DNA of 64,000 nucleotides from an uncultured Methylomirabilota bacterium (GTDB lineage Bacteria > Methylomirabilota > Methylomirabilia > Methylomirabilales > 2-02-FULL-66-22). The stretch spans positions 384,001 to 448,000 of the forward strand of contig CAWJSJ010000001.1 in assembly GCA_963845565.1 (NCBI GenBank), read 5' to 3'. Below are positions 20,045-29,872 of this stretch, piece after piece; positions within the stretch are counted from its first letter, which is position 1; every line of letters starts with the position of its first letter. The translations under genes and the position numbers were made by a program. The notes under the pieces are model-generated. The model was not told where the DNA came from, made no database searches, and was given only the letters and a program-made list of their open reading frames with translations.

Positions 20045-21253
20045 ATGCGCGCCCTACTCCTCTTGATGCTGGGCCTAGCGTCCGTGTGGGGTCCCCGCGC
20101 TGCGGACGCGCAGGGGCCGATCCGGATCGGAGAGATCAACTCCTACAGCGGCATCGCGGCCGGTTTCACCCAGCCGTATCGCCAGGCGGTCGAGATGGCC
20201 GTGGACGAGGTCAACGCCGCGGGTGGTCTGCTGGGACGAAAGGTCGAGGTGCTCTTCCGCGATGATAAGGGAAATCCGGCGGAGGCCATCAAGCACGCGC
20301 AAGAGTTGGTGGCGGGGGAGAGGGTCCATCTCCTCGCGGGGACGTACCTCAGCAACGTGGGCCTGGCTGTCTCGGATTTCGCCAAGATGCACAAGACCCT
20401 CTTCCTGGCCGCCGAGCCGCTTTCGGAGGCGATCACCTGGTCCCACGGCCATCGGTACACCTTTCGCGTTCGGCCCAACACCTATTCTCAGGGGCGCATG
20501 CTGGCAGAGCGGGCCGCCAAGCTTCCGTACCGGAAATGGGCCGTCATCGGACCGAATTACGAATACGGACGGCGCGCGTGGGAGACGTTCTGGGCGCGAC
20601 TCAAAGAGCTCAAGCCGGACGTCCAGGTGGTCGGAGAACACTGGCCGACGCTGGCCAAACTCGAGCCGGGGGGATACGTCACCGCGCTTCTGAATCAGCA
20701 ACCCGAGGCACTCTACGTGTCCCTCTTCGGGAGTGACTGGCTGGCCTTCGCGCGGGAAGCCGGGAAGCGCGGTCTCTTCGAGAAGGCGTATGCCGTGGGG
20801 ATTCTCCTCGGGGAGCCCGAGTACCTGGATCCCCTGAAGCTGGATGCCCCCGAGGGGATGCTGGTCACGGGATACCCGTGGTACGACATCCGGATTCCGG
20901 CGCATGTGGCCTTCGTCGACAAGTTCACGAAGCGGACGGGCCGGCATCCGGTCGCCGGTGCGCTGGTCGGTTACATCACCTTTCTGTCCGCCTTCGAGAC
21001 CATCCGGAAGGCGCAGGGCACGGACACGGAAGCGATGGTCTCGGCCCTGGAATCGCTGAAGGTCGAGACCCCGATCGGCCCCATCACCTTTCGCCCCTTC
21101 GACCACCAGTCCACCATGGGCGCCTGGGTGGGCGTCACGAAACTGGATGCTACCCGCGGGACCGGGATCATGGACCGATGGGAGTACGTGCCTGGGGACA
21201 AGGCGTTGCCGTCGGAAGCCGAGGTGCGCCGGATGCGCGAGGCGGCCAAGTGA
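20045..21253 (+). CDS. Branched-chain amino acid (Liv-type) ABC substrate-binding protein
   Basis: Signal peptide, IRIGEINSY, EVNAAGGLLGRKVE..RDD, periplasmic binding protein type I pattern. Confidence 0.9.
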   Translation: MRALLLLMLGLASVWGPRAADAQGPIRIGEINSYSGIAAGFTQPYRQAVEMAVDEVNAAGGLLGRKVEVLFRDDKGNPAEAIKHAQELVAGERVHLLAGTYLSNVGLAVSDFAKMHKTLFLAAEPLSEAITWSHGHRYTFRVRPNTYSQGRMLAERAAKLPYRKWAVIGPNYEYGRRAWETFWARLKELKPDVQVVGEHWPTLAKLEPGGYVTALLNQQPEALYVSLFGSDWLAFAREAGKRGLFEKAYAVGILLGEPEYLDPLKLDAPEGMLVTGYPWYDIRIPAHVAFVDKFTKRTGRHPVAGALVGYITFLSAFETIRKAQGTDTEAMVSALESLKVETPIGPITFRPFDHQSTMGAWVGVTKLDATRGTGIMDRWEYVPGDKALPSEAEVRRMREAAK

Positions 21254-21339
21254 TCACGTGCCGACGGTCAGGTCCCACGAGGCGCCGGCTCCGGGTGGCG
21301 GCGTGATTCCGACCCAGCACCCGCGACCATGACACGTCC

Positions 21340-23190
21340 ATGAACGCGCTCTTCCTCCAGTTCCTGGCAGGCCTGACGCACGCGATGATCCTCTTCCTCA
21401 TCGCGTCCGGACTGTCGCTGATCTTCGGCGTGACGCGAACGATCAACTTTGCCCACGGCTCCTTTTACATGCTGGCAGCCTACCTGACCGTCACCCTGGG
21501 CACCGTGCTTCCCTTTGGGGCGCTGAGCCCCTACGCAGGCATGCTGCTTGCGCCGCTCGCCGTGGCGCTCCTCGGCGGGATCGTGGAGATCGGACTCGTG
21601 CGCCGGGTGTATCGAGCGCCGGAGCTGTACCAGTTGCTCCTCACCTTCGCGCTGGTACTGATCCTCGGCGACGTGGTGCGGTTCTTCTGGGGGCCGGAGC
21701 ATCGGGTGGGCCTCAAGCCGCCCGGACTGGACGGGACGGTTCTCGTGCTGGGCCAGCTCGTTCCCACCTACGATTTTGCCGTCCTGGCGCTCGGGCCGGC
21801 GGTGGCCCTGGGCTTGTGGGGAGCACTGCATCACACCCGGTGGGGGGTCCTCGTCCGCGCGGCGGCCTCGGATCGCGAGATGGCGGGCGCCCTGGGCGTC
21901 AACCAGGCCTGGCTCTTCACCGGAGTGTTCGTCGTCGGTTCGTGGTTGGCCGGCGCAGCGGGAGCGCTCCAGGTCGCGCGCCAGCCGCTCACCACGGTGA
22001 TGGATGCCGCCATCATCGTCGAGGCATTCGTGGTGGTGGTGATCGGCGGGATGGGCAACGTCTTCGGCGCGCTGGTGGGGGCGATCCTCCTCGGCGTCCT
22101 CCAGTCGCTGGGGATCGTGTGGCTCCCCCGGGAGTTCCAGCTCGTCCTGGTCTTTCTTTTGATGGCCGCGGTCCTCACCCTGCGGCCGTGGGGGCTGCTG
22201 GGTCGGCCCCCGGCCGCCCCCGCCTCGGAGGGGGCGCCGCAGGACTCTTTCGACGGCCACCCGACTGTGCCGCGCGTCACCATGGTGGCCGGGGGCGTCC
22301 TGCTCCTGATTGCACCCCTGGTGGCGCCGACATTCGTCGTCTGGCTGCTGGTGGAAATACTGGCCTTCGCCCTCGTGGCCGGGAGCCTCCAACTCCTCGT
22401 TGGGACTGGGGGCATGATCTCGTTTGGCCATGCGGCGTACTTCGGTCTGGGGGCGTACGGGGCGGCGCTGCTCCTGGATCCGGGCGGCTTGGCGATGCCC
22501 TTGGCATTCCTGCTCGGTCCCGCGCTGGCCGGCGGCGCGGCCCTGATCTTCGGATACTTCTGTGTGCGGCTCAGCGGAATCCCGTTTGCCATGATGACGC
22601 TGGCGTGCGCGCAGATCGTCTATGCCGTCGCGCATCAATGGTACGATGTCACCGGGGGAGATAACGGTCTCCTCGGGATCTGGCCGGCGTCCTATCTGGC
22701 GACGCCGGTCCGCTACTACTACCTGGCACTCGGGGTCGGGATTGGAGGGTTGGTGCTCCTCCGGCGCGTGACCGGGTCCCCGTTCGGCCTGACGCTCCGG
22801 GCGGCGCGCGATCATACCGTGCGGTGCGCGACGATCGGCGTGAACGTCCCCGCCCATCAGTTGCTGGCGTTCATGGTGGCGGGGCTATTGGCCGGGTTCG
22901 GGGGCAGTCTGTTTGCCTTCCTGAAGGGGAGCGTCTTTCCCGACTACCTGTCAGTGGCCGTGTCGGTCGAGTCCCTGGTCATGGTCCTGCTGGGAGGAAT
23001 CCACCGGCCGGCGGGTGCGCCACTCGGGGCGGCGGCGTTCAAGGGGCTCGACACGGTGATGACGCTGTACACCGACTACTGGCAGGCGTGCCTCGGGGTC
23101 GTATTGATGGCGGTCGTCCTGGCGTTCCCCGGCGGCCTGCTGGGGATCGGGCGGGCGCGCCGGGCGTCGTCGGAGGTTCGCCGTGGCTGA
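21340..23190 (+). CDS. Fused LivH-LivM type ABC permease
   Basis: Two permease halves: GLSLIFGV..INFAHG and G..GMISFGHAAYFGLGAY. Confidence 0.9.
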   Translation: MNALFLQFLAGLTHAMILFLIASGLSLIFGVTRTINFAHGSFYMLAAYLTVTLGTVLPFGALSPYAGMLLAPLAVALLGGIVEIGLVRRVYRAPELYQLLLTFALVLILGDVVRFFWGPEHRVGLKPPGLDGTVLVLGQLVPTYDFAVLALGPAVALGLWGALHHTRWGVLVRAAASDREMAGALGVNQAWLFTGVFVVGSWLAGAAGALQVARQPLTTVMDAAIIVEAFVVVVIGGMGNVFGALVGAILLGVLQSLGIVWLPREFQLVLVFLLMAAVLTLRPWGLLGRPPAAPASEGAPQDSFDGHPTVPRVTMVAGGVLLLIAPLVAPTFVVWLLVEILAFALVAGSLQLLVGTGGMISFGHAAYFGLGAYGAALLLDPGGLAMPLAFLLGPALAGGAALIFGYFCVRLSGIPFAMMTLACAQIVYAVAHQWYDVTGGDNGLLGIWPASYLATPVRYYYLALGVGIGGLVLLRRVTGSPFGLTLRAARDHTVRCATIGVNVPAHQLLAFMVAGLLAGFGGSLFAFLKGSVFPDYLSVAVSVESLVMVLLGGIHRPAGAPLGAAAFKGLDTVMTLYTDYWQACLGVVLMAVVLAFPGGLLGIGRARRASSEVRRG

Positions 23191-23935
23191 GGCGCCGCTA
23201 CTCGACGTCCGGGACGCCTGGAAGGCCTTCGGGGGCGTCCAGGCGGTGGCCGGAGTGAGTTTCTCGCTGGGCGTCGGAGACGTCTGCGCAGTGATCGGGC
23301 CGAACGGGGCGGGCAAGACCACGCTCTTCAACCTGTTGACCGGGCAGTTGGCGTACGATCGCGGACGGATTCTCTTTCGGGGCGAGGGGATCGGGGGTGT
23401 CGCTCCGCACCGGATCTGGCGGCGGGGTATCAGCCGTACGTTTCAGGTGCCTGCCATCTTCCATAGCTTGACGGTCCGCGAGAACGTTCAGACGGCGCTT
23501 CTGTCGAGCGCTGGGCGGAGCAGACAGATGCTGACCGAGGCGGCGCGCCTGGTCCGCGGGTCGGTCGACGCCCTGTTGGAGCAGGTGGGGCTCCTCCGGT
23601 ATGCGGACGATCGCTGCGGAACGCTCTCGCTGGGTGACCTGAAGCGAGCGGAGCTGGCGCTGGCGCTGGCGGGGGAGCCGTCGCTGTTGCTGCTGGATGA
23701 GCCGACGGCGGGCATGGCCGTGGCGGAACGGGCGGAGCTCATGCGTCTGGTGACAGCGATCGTGCGCGCGCGCAGGCTGACCGTGCTCTTCACGGAACAT
23801 GACATGGATGTGGTCTTCGGGTCGGCGAGCCGAATTCTGGTGATGCACCATGGCCGCGTGCTGGCCGACGGGAGCCCGGCGGAGGTCCGGGCGAATCCCG
23901 AGGTTCAGCGCGTGTATCTGGGAGGTGTCCGGTGA
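23183..23935 (+). CDS. LivG-type ABC ATP-binding protein
   Basis: GPNGAGKTT, ISRTFQ, LLLDEPTAG, TEHDM. Confidence 0.9.
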   Translation: MAEAPLLDVRDAWKAFGGVQAVAGVSFSLGVGDVCAVIGPNGAGKTTLFNLLTGQLAYDRGRILFRGEGIGGVAPHRIWRRGISRTFQVPAIFHSLTVRENVQTALLSSAGRSRQMLTEAARLVRGSVDALLEQVGLLRYADDRCGTLSLGDLKRAELALALAGEPSLLLLDEPTAGMAVAERAELMRLVTAIVRARRLTVLFTEHDMDVVFGSASRILVMHHGRVLADGSPAEVRANPEVQRVYLGGVR

Positions 23936-24663
23936 TTCCGGGCAGAGCGACACCCCGGGTGATGCTCGAGCTGTCGAACCTGCACGCCGGGTACGGGGTG
24001 AGCCGGATCCTCTTCGGCGTGAGCCTGCGTGCCGACCGGGGCGAGATCGTGGCACTCCTCGGTCGGAACGGCGCCGGGAAGTCGACCGCGCTGAAGGCGA
24101 TCATGGGGATCGCACCCCCGAGCGCCGGGCAGGTGGTCCTCGACGGCGCGGATCTTGTGGGACTTGCGCCGTACCTGATCGCGCGAGCCGGCATCGGATA
24201 CGTGCCGCAGGACCGGCGCATCTTCCCGGACCTCACGGTGCGGGAGAACCTCGAGGTCGGGCGGCGTCCGGGACGATCCGGGGACTCGCCGTGGACCCTG
24301 GAGCGCGTGGAGGCGCTGTTTCCGATGCTTGGGACGCTGGCGGGCCGCCGGGGGGGAAGCCTCAGTGGAGGAGAGCAGCAGATGCTGACGCTGGCCAGGA
24401 CCCTCATGGGGAATCCGCGGGTGCTCCTCCTGGACGAACCGTCTGAAGGCCTGGCACCAGTGGTGGTCCGGACGATGATCGAGCAACTGCTTCAACTGAA
24501 GGCGGGAGGGATGACCATCCTCCTCTCCGAGCAGAATGTTCACTTCACGAGAGAGGTGAGTGATCGAGCGTACATCTTGGAGAAGGGTAGTATTCAACGT
24601 GAGGGGAGTATTCGCGAGATCCTTGAGAATCGATCCATTTTCGAAAGGTATCTGGCTATCTGA
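23932..24663 (+). CDS. LivF-type ABC ATP-binding protein
   Basis: GRNGAGKST, LSGGEQQML, LLDEPSEGLAP, SEQN. Confidence 0.9.
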   Translation: MIPGRATPRVMLELSNLHAGYGVSRILFGVSLRADRGEIVALLGRNGAGKSTALKAIMGIAPPSAGQVVLDGADLVGLAPYLIARAGIGYVPQDRRIFPDLTVRENLEVGRRPGRSGDSPWTLERVEALFPMLGTLAGRRGGSLSGGEQQMLTLARTLMGNPRVLLLDEPSEGLAPVVVRTMIEQLLQLKAGGMTILLSEQNVHFTREVSDRAYILEKGSIQREGSIREILENRSIFERYLAI

Positions 24664-24806
24664 GGTTCAAGCTTTTTTGTGTGCCATCTGCCAGATATGA
24701 AGTCTTCTACCGATCAGACTACCGACTACGAGTCTTCCGCATATACTTCTGTCGGCCAATTATTCAATGGGTTCCATCAAAATATCGAGGTGAAATGTTG
24801 TTCTAT

Positions 24807-24836
24807 ATTGACATGTATAGACTCAAGTTTTATATT
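24807..24836 (+). promoter_or_regulatory. clpB sigma-70 promoter with an overlapping HAIR-like (HspR) operator
   Basis: TTGACA(24808)-N17-TATATT(24831); ATTGACA-N7-ACTCAAG compared with HAIR consensus CTTGAGT-N7-ACTCAAG. Confidence 0.6.
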
Positions 24837-24893
24837 GAATACGTTGTAAGGAAATGAGAAAGTTCGAAAGAAAAGAAGGAAAAGGAGGAAGCC

Positions 24894-27485
24894 GTGCGGT
24901 TTGAGCAATTCACGTTCAAGGCTCAGGAAGCCATCCAGGCTGCGCAGAAGATCGCCGAGGAGATGCAGCACCAGGCCGTGGACGCGGAACACCTCCTGGT
25001 GGGTCTCGTCGAGCAGACCGACGGAGTCCTCATCCCGGTTCTCCAGAAGGTCGGCGCGAGCCCGAAGCAGTTGGCGGCCGCGCTGCGCCAGGAACTCGGG
25101 AAGCTCCCAAGGGTCTATGGCCCGACACAGATTTACCTGACACCTCGCCTCAACGAGGTCTTCAAGCGGGCTCAGGAAGAGGCCGGGCGGCTCAAAGACG
25201 AGTACATCGGCTCGGAACATCTCCTGTTGGCGCTTCTGGACGAGCCCACGGGTCCGGCCGCTCAGACATTGCGTGCCGCGGGTGTCGGCAAGGACGGCAT
25301 CTACGCGGCCCTCCAGACGGTGCGGGGTGGGCAACGCATCACCGACCCCAATCCGGAGGAAAAGTACCAGGCTCTGCAGCGGTACAGCCGGGATCTCACC
25401 GACCTGGCGCAGAAGGGAAAGCTCGACCCGGTGATCGGGCGGGACGAGGAGATCCGGCGGGTGATCCAGGTCCTGTCGCGTCGGACCAAGAACAATCCCG
25501 TCCTGATCGGGGAGCCCGGCGTCGGGAAGACGGCGATCGTGGAAGGATTGGCGGAGCGAATCGTGCGCGGGGACGTGCCCGAGTCCTTGAAAGAGAAGCA
25601 GGTCGTGGCGCTGGATTTGGGCGCACTCCTCGCCGGCACGAAATACCGCGGCGAATTCGAAGATCGGCTCAAGGCCCTGCTGAAAGAAGTGACCGAGGCC
25701 GCCGGGCGGATCATCCTGTTCATCGACGAACTGCACACGCTGGTGGGCGCCGGCGCCGCCGAGGGGGCGATGGACGCCAGCAACATGCTGAAACCGGCGC
25801 TGGCCCGAGGGGAACTCCGCTGCGTGGGCGCGACCACGCTCGATGAATACCGGAAGCGCATCGAGAAGGATGCCGCGCTGGAGCGGCGCTTCCAGCCGAT
25901 CGTCGTGCGGCAGCCCAGCGTCGAGGACACCATCTCGATTCTGCGGGGGCTCCGGGAGCGGTACGAGGTGCACCACGGCGTCCGGATCCGGGATGCCGCC
26001 TTGGTGGCCGCGGCGACCCTCTCGAACCGCTATATCACCGATCGGTTCCTCCCCGACAAGGCGATCGACCTGGTGGACGAGGCGGCCAGCATGCTGCGGA
26101 TGGAGATCGATAGCCTCCCCGTCGCACTGGACGAGGTCGAGCGGAAAGTCCGGCAGTTCGGCATCGAGCGCGAAGCCATGAAGCGCGAAACCGATCCCGA
26201 CACCGTGGAGCGTCTCGAGCGCCTGGATGCCGAGGTGGCCGATCTGGACACGCGCCGGGGCGAACTCCGGGGCCGCTGGGAGCGGGAGAAGGCCAGCATT
26301 CAGCGGATCCGTGCCCTGAAGGAACAGATCGAATCCGCGCGACTCCAGGCCGAGAAGGCGGAGCGTGAGGGAGAACTGGGGAAGGTTGCCGAGATCCGGT
26401 ACGGCGCCCTGGTCGGGCTGGAGAAGGCGCTTCACGGCGAGCAGGCCGCCCTGGGGGCCCTGGCGGGACCGGACCGGATGCTGAAGGAAGAGGTCGACGA
26501 AGAGGATATCGCCAAGGTGGTCTCCCGCTGGACCGGCATCCCGGTCGCGAAGATGTTGCAGGCCGAAACACAGAAGCTGCTCGCCATGGAGGAACGGCTG
26601 CGCGAGCGCGTGGTGGGCCAGGCGGAGGCCATCATGGCGGTCGCCAACGCCATTCGGCGGGCGCGGGCGGGCCTCCAGGACGAGAATCGCCCACTCGGCT
26701 CGTTCCTGTTCCTGGGTCCGACCGGCGTGGGCAAGACGGAGCTGGCGCGCGCGTTGGCGGAATTCCTCTTCGACGACGAGCGAGCCCTGGTCCGCCTCGA
26801 CATGTCCGAGTTCATGGAGAAGCACTCCGTGGCGCGGCTCATCGGTGCACCGCCGGGCTACGTGGGTTACGAGGAGGGCGGGTACCTGACCGAGGCCGTG
26901 CGGCGGCGGCCCTATACCGTGATCCTCTTCGATGAGATCGAGAAGGCCCATGTGGATGTCTTCAATATCCTGTTGCAGGTGCTGGACGATGGCCGGCTTA
27001 CCGATGGACAGGGGAGGACCGTGGATTTCAAGAACGCCCTGGTGATCATGACCTCCAACCTGGGGAGTCAGTTCATCCAGCAGGACGAGGACGAGGCGGT
27101 CACACGGGAGAAGGTGACCGAGCTCCTCAAGACGGCGTTCCGGCCGGAATTCCTCAACCGGGTCGACGAGACGGTGATCTTCCACCGACTGTCGCTGCGG
27201 GAGATCACGCAGATCGTGGACATTCAACTGCGGGTGCTCCAGCGCCGAATGACGGGGCGAAAACTGGAACTCGAGGTCGCCGATCGGGCCAAGGAGTTTT
27301 TGGCGCGACAGGGCTTCGACCCGGTGTACGGCGCCCGACCGCTCAAGCGAGCCATCCAGCGCTTGGTGCAGGACCCGCTGGCGCGGCGGATGCTGGAGGG
27401 GGAGTTCGGCGACGGCGACCGGGTCCGCGTTGATGTGGCCGGCGGCGAGATCGTGCTCGAGCGCATGGCCGCGGGTACGCCCTAG
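24894..27485 (+). CDS. clpB: ATP-dependent disaggregase ClpB
   Basis: 863 aa; two AAA+ modules ([16 protein letters not shown]) with the long coiled-coil M domain, [17 protein letters not shown]. Confidence 0.97.
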   Translation: MRFEQFTFKAQEAIQAAQKIAEEMQHQAVDAEHLLVGLVEQTDGVLIPVLQKVGASPKQLAAALRQELGKLPRVYGPTQIYLTPRLNEVFKRAQEEAGRLKDEYIGSEHLLLALLDEPTGPAAQTLRAAGVGKDGIYAALQTVRGGQRITDPNPEEKYQALQRYSRDLTDLAQKGKLDPVIGRDEEIRRVIQVLSRRTKNNPVLIGEPGVGKTAIVEGLAERIVRGDVPESLKEKQVVALDLGALLAGTKYRGEFEDRLKALLKEVTEAAGRIILFIDELHTLVGAGAAEGAMDASNMLKPALARGELRCVGATTLDEYRKRIEKDAALERRFQPIVVRQPSVEDTISILRGLRERYEVHHGVRIRDAALVAAATLSNRYITDRFLPDKAIDLVDEAASMLRMEIDSLPVALDEVERKVRQFGIEREAMKRETDPDTVERLERLDAEVADLDTRRGELRGRWEREKASIQRIRALKEQIESARLQAEKAEREGELGKVAEIRYGALVGLEKALHGEQAALGALAGPDRMLKEEVDEEDIAKVVSRWTGIPVAKMLQAETQKLLAMEERLRERVVGQAEAIMAVANAIRRARAGLQDENRPLGSFLFLGPTGVGKTELARALAEFLFDDERALVRLDMSEFMEKHSVARLIGAPPGYVGYEEGGYLTEAVRRRPYTVILFDEIEKAHVDVFNILLQVLDDGRLTDGQGRTVDFKNALVIMTSNLGSQFIQQDEDEAVTREKVTELLKTAFRPEFLNRVDETVIFHRLSLREITQIVDIQLRVLQRRMTGRKLELEVADRAKEFLARQGFDPVYGARPLKRAIQRLVQDPLARRMLEGEFGDGDRVRVDVAGGEIVLERMAAGTP

Positions 27486-27524
27486 CCCGGATTATTCACG
27501 AAGGGTTCGTGAATAATCCGGGCT
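27484..27524. repeat. Perfect 19-bp palindrome starting in the clpB stop codon
   Basis: AGCCCGGATTATTCACGAA-GGG-TTCGTGAATAATCCGGGCT, with no U-tract. Confidence 0.85.
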
Positions 27525-27691
27525 TACCTGACCAGCAGCCATTCTGGCTGCGGTGGCCGTCACGCCCTCCGGGAACGCCACACCCGGAGGGCGTTCGTGT
27601 CTGCCCGCGCCCCGGCTTTGCTGTTGACGAGGGTCGGCGCCTTCAGTAAGCTGCCGCCGACACGCCGCCCTGGGCGGGGGGGGGGAACGGA

Positions 27692-29143
27692 TTGCCGAAA
27701 GCGCTGGTCAATTCGGTGGTCGACGCACTCCGCGCCGCGGGGGTGCAACCGGGGGCCCGGGTGGTGGTGGCGGTCTCGGGCGGAGTGGATTCCATGGTCC
27801 TGCTCCACGCGCTCGCTCGGTCGCCGCTCCGGCTGGCGCTTCGCGTTGCACACATCCATCACGGGTTGCGGGGGCGTTCGGCAGACCGGGACGCGGCGCT
27901 GGTGGCCGCGGCGGCGGAACGCGGTGGCCTGCCGGTGTCGGTGGTGCGGCTGACCGCCGCGACCCGGCCGCGAGCCGCCTCGGTCCAGGTGTGGGCGCGG
28001 GACGCGCGCTATGCCGCGCTGGAGGCGATCCGGAAGCGGGTGCGGGCCTCCTGGGTGCTGACCGCACACACAGAGAACGATCAAGCGGAGACGGTGCTCC
28101 TGAACGTGCTGCGCGGGACCGGGGTCCGCGGCCTGGCGGGGATTCCCAAGGTGCGCGATCGCATCCTGCGCCCGCTGTTGGATGTCTCGCGGGCGAGGAT
28201 CGTCGCCTACGCGGAGCGGCACCGGGTCGCCTTCCGCGACGACCCGTCGAATCGGTCGGTCGCGTACCGGCGCAATCGGATCCGGCACCGGCTCCTCCCG
28301 CTGCTCGCGCAGGAGTACAACCCGCGGATTGTGGAGGCGCTGGCCGGCCTGGCGACGCACGCGCGGGAGGACGACGACGCGCTGACGTCGGACGCGTTGG
28401 TTCGCGCCCAGGAAGCGATCTGCGTCCGTGGAGGGACAGTCGGCGTGCGCCGGGCCGTCCTACGGGTGGTGCCCAGGGGGGTGGCACGCCGCCTGCTCCT
28501 GCTGGCGTTCGGACGGGTCGCCGTCCCGGCAGGCGGCCTCACCCGCCGGCACCTCGGGGCGCTCCTGTTTGCCGCGGAGCACGGCGGAAACGTCTCGCTC
28601 CCGGGCGACGTGCGGGCCTGGGTATCGGCGACGTATCTCTGGTTCGGGCCGGCGACGCTTCCGGAACGGATTACTGGGATCGACCGACGGGCCGCACCCC
28701 CCAGGATCGTGCCTACGGTGTCGCTGCGGCTGGGGCAGTGGACCGACTGGGATCGCAAGAGGTGCAGCGTCCGCGTGCGGCGCGTGTCGGGAGCGGAGGC
28801 CCGGATGGACCGCGGGGACCCGTCCAGGGAGATCATGAGCGCCGCGCTCTTGACGGAGTCCCTGACGTTACGGTCGTGGCGTCCGGGGGATCGGTTCCGA
28901 CCGCTGGGCCTCCCCGGGGCGAAGAAGCTCCAGGACTTCTTCGTGGATGCCAAAGTTCCTCGCGACGAGCGGCGTCGGATCCCGTTGCTGATGGCCGGGG
29001 AGCGGATCGCCTGGGTGGTAGGCCACCGCATTGCGGACGAGTTCCGCTGGCGCGGAGAACCTGTCGCGTGTCTGGCCGAGGTGAAATTCCCGGAGGGAGC
29101 GCATGGAATACCGGTTAGGTCCCACCCTGTTGTCGGCCGCTGA
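27692..29143 (+). CDS. tilS: tRNA(Ile)-lysidine synthetase
   Basis: AVSGGVDS PP-loop, HHGLR, AH..NDQAET, RPLL, DDPSN, RNRIR, TilS_C (KKLQDFFVDAKVP); TTG start. Confidence 0.95.
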   Translation: MPKALVNSVVDALRAAGVQPGARVVVAVSGGVDSMVLLHALARSPLRLALRVAHIHHGLRGRSADRDAALVAAAAERGGLPVSVVRLTAATRPRAASVQVWARDARYAALEAIRKRVRASWVLTAHTENDQAETVLLNVLRGTGVRGLAGIPKVRDRILRPLLDVSRARIVAYAERHRVAFRDDPSNRSVAYRRNRIRHRLLPLLAQEYNPRIVEALAGLATHAREDDDALTSDALVRAQEAICVRGGTVGVRRAVLRVVPRGVARRLLLLAFGRVAVPAGGLTRRHLGALLFAAEHGGNVSLPGDVRAWVSATYLWFGPATLPERITGIDRRAAPPRIVPTVSLRLGQWTDWDRKRCSVRVRRVSGAEARMDRGDPSREIMSAALLTESLTLRSWRPGDRFRPLGLPGAKKLQDFFVDAKVPRDERRRIPLLMAGERIAWVVGHRIADEFRWRGEPVACLAEVKFPEGAHGIPVRSHPVVGR

Positions 29144-29639
29144 GATCCGAGCCCGCGTGCGTGAACTGGCGCAGGCGATCTCCCGGGATTACGCCGGCCG
29201 GGATCTCTTGCTGATTTGCGTGCTGAAGGGGGCAGCCATCTTTTGGGCGGACCTGTGCAGGGCCCTCCAGGTTCCCTGCCAGAGCGACTTCGTGGCCATG
29301 GAAAGTTACAGCGACGCCACCGCGCCGCTGGGGAAGCCTCGCTTCACCAAGGCCGCCGGGGTGTCCCTCGAGGATCGGGATGTCCTGATCGTGGAGGACA
29401 TCATCGACACCGGACACACCATCGTCCACCTGCGGAATCTCCTTCAGGCGCAATCCCCCCGGACCGTCGCACTCTGCGCACTCTTGGACAAGGCCGAGCG
29501 ACGGGAGATCCAGACCCCGATCGAGTACTGCGGGTTCGTCATCCCGAACGCCTTCGTGGTGGGGTACGGTCTGGACCACGCCCAGCGCTTCCGACACCTG
29601 CCTCACATCGCGACACTGGAGCCCGTTCCCGTCACGTAA
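29103..29639 (+). CDS. hpt: Hypoxanthine phosphoribosyltransferase
   Basis: [30 protein letters not shown]. Confidence 0.95.
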   Translation: MEYRLGPTLLSAAEIRARVRELAQAISRDYAGRDLLLICVLKGAAIFWADLCRALQVPCQSDFVAMESYSDATAPLGKPRFTKAAGVSLEDRDVLIVEDIIDTGHTIVHLRNLLQAQSPRTVALCALLDKAERREIQTPIEYCGFVIPNAFVVGYGLDHAQRFRHLPHIATLEPVPVT

Positions 29640-29872
29640 CCGCCCCCTCTCGCGCCGGCGCGGGACCGGTGTGGGCTGCCGACCTGGCGCGAGAGATCGG
29701 CCGAGGCAGCGCCGGGCGGGCGCCGGGGAGGCTCACCTGGCTCGGACGGCCGTTCGGCGGCGGCCCGCCGGGGTCCGGAACGCCATGTTTCCTGTTGTCT
29801 TTCGGGTGGTGTCATGGTAGAAACGGCCATCATTGTTGGGTTCCGCGGCTGGGACGATTGAGGAGAGTACGG

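Noticed and set aside
24664..24800. dif or parS site in the AT-rich stretch
   Set aside because: No match to XerC/XerD or parS consensus; AT richness is explained by the clpB promoter region
24777..27227. 816-aa minus-strand ORF, and similar long ORFs opposite ftsH (29603-31870), glmM (33595-35790) and the NifA-like gene (61801-63513)
   Set aside because: Antisense shadows of well-conserved genes, expected from high-GC codon bias; no recognisable motifs
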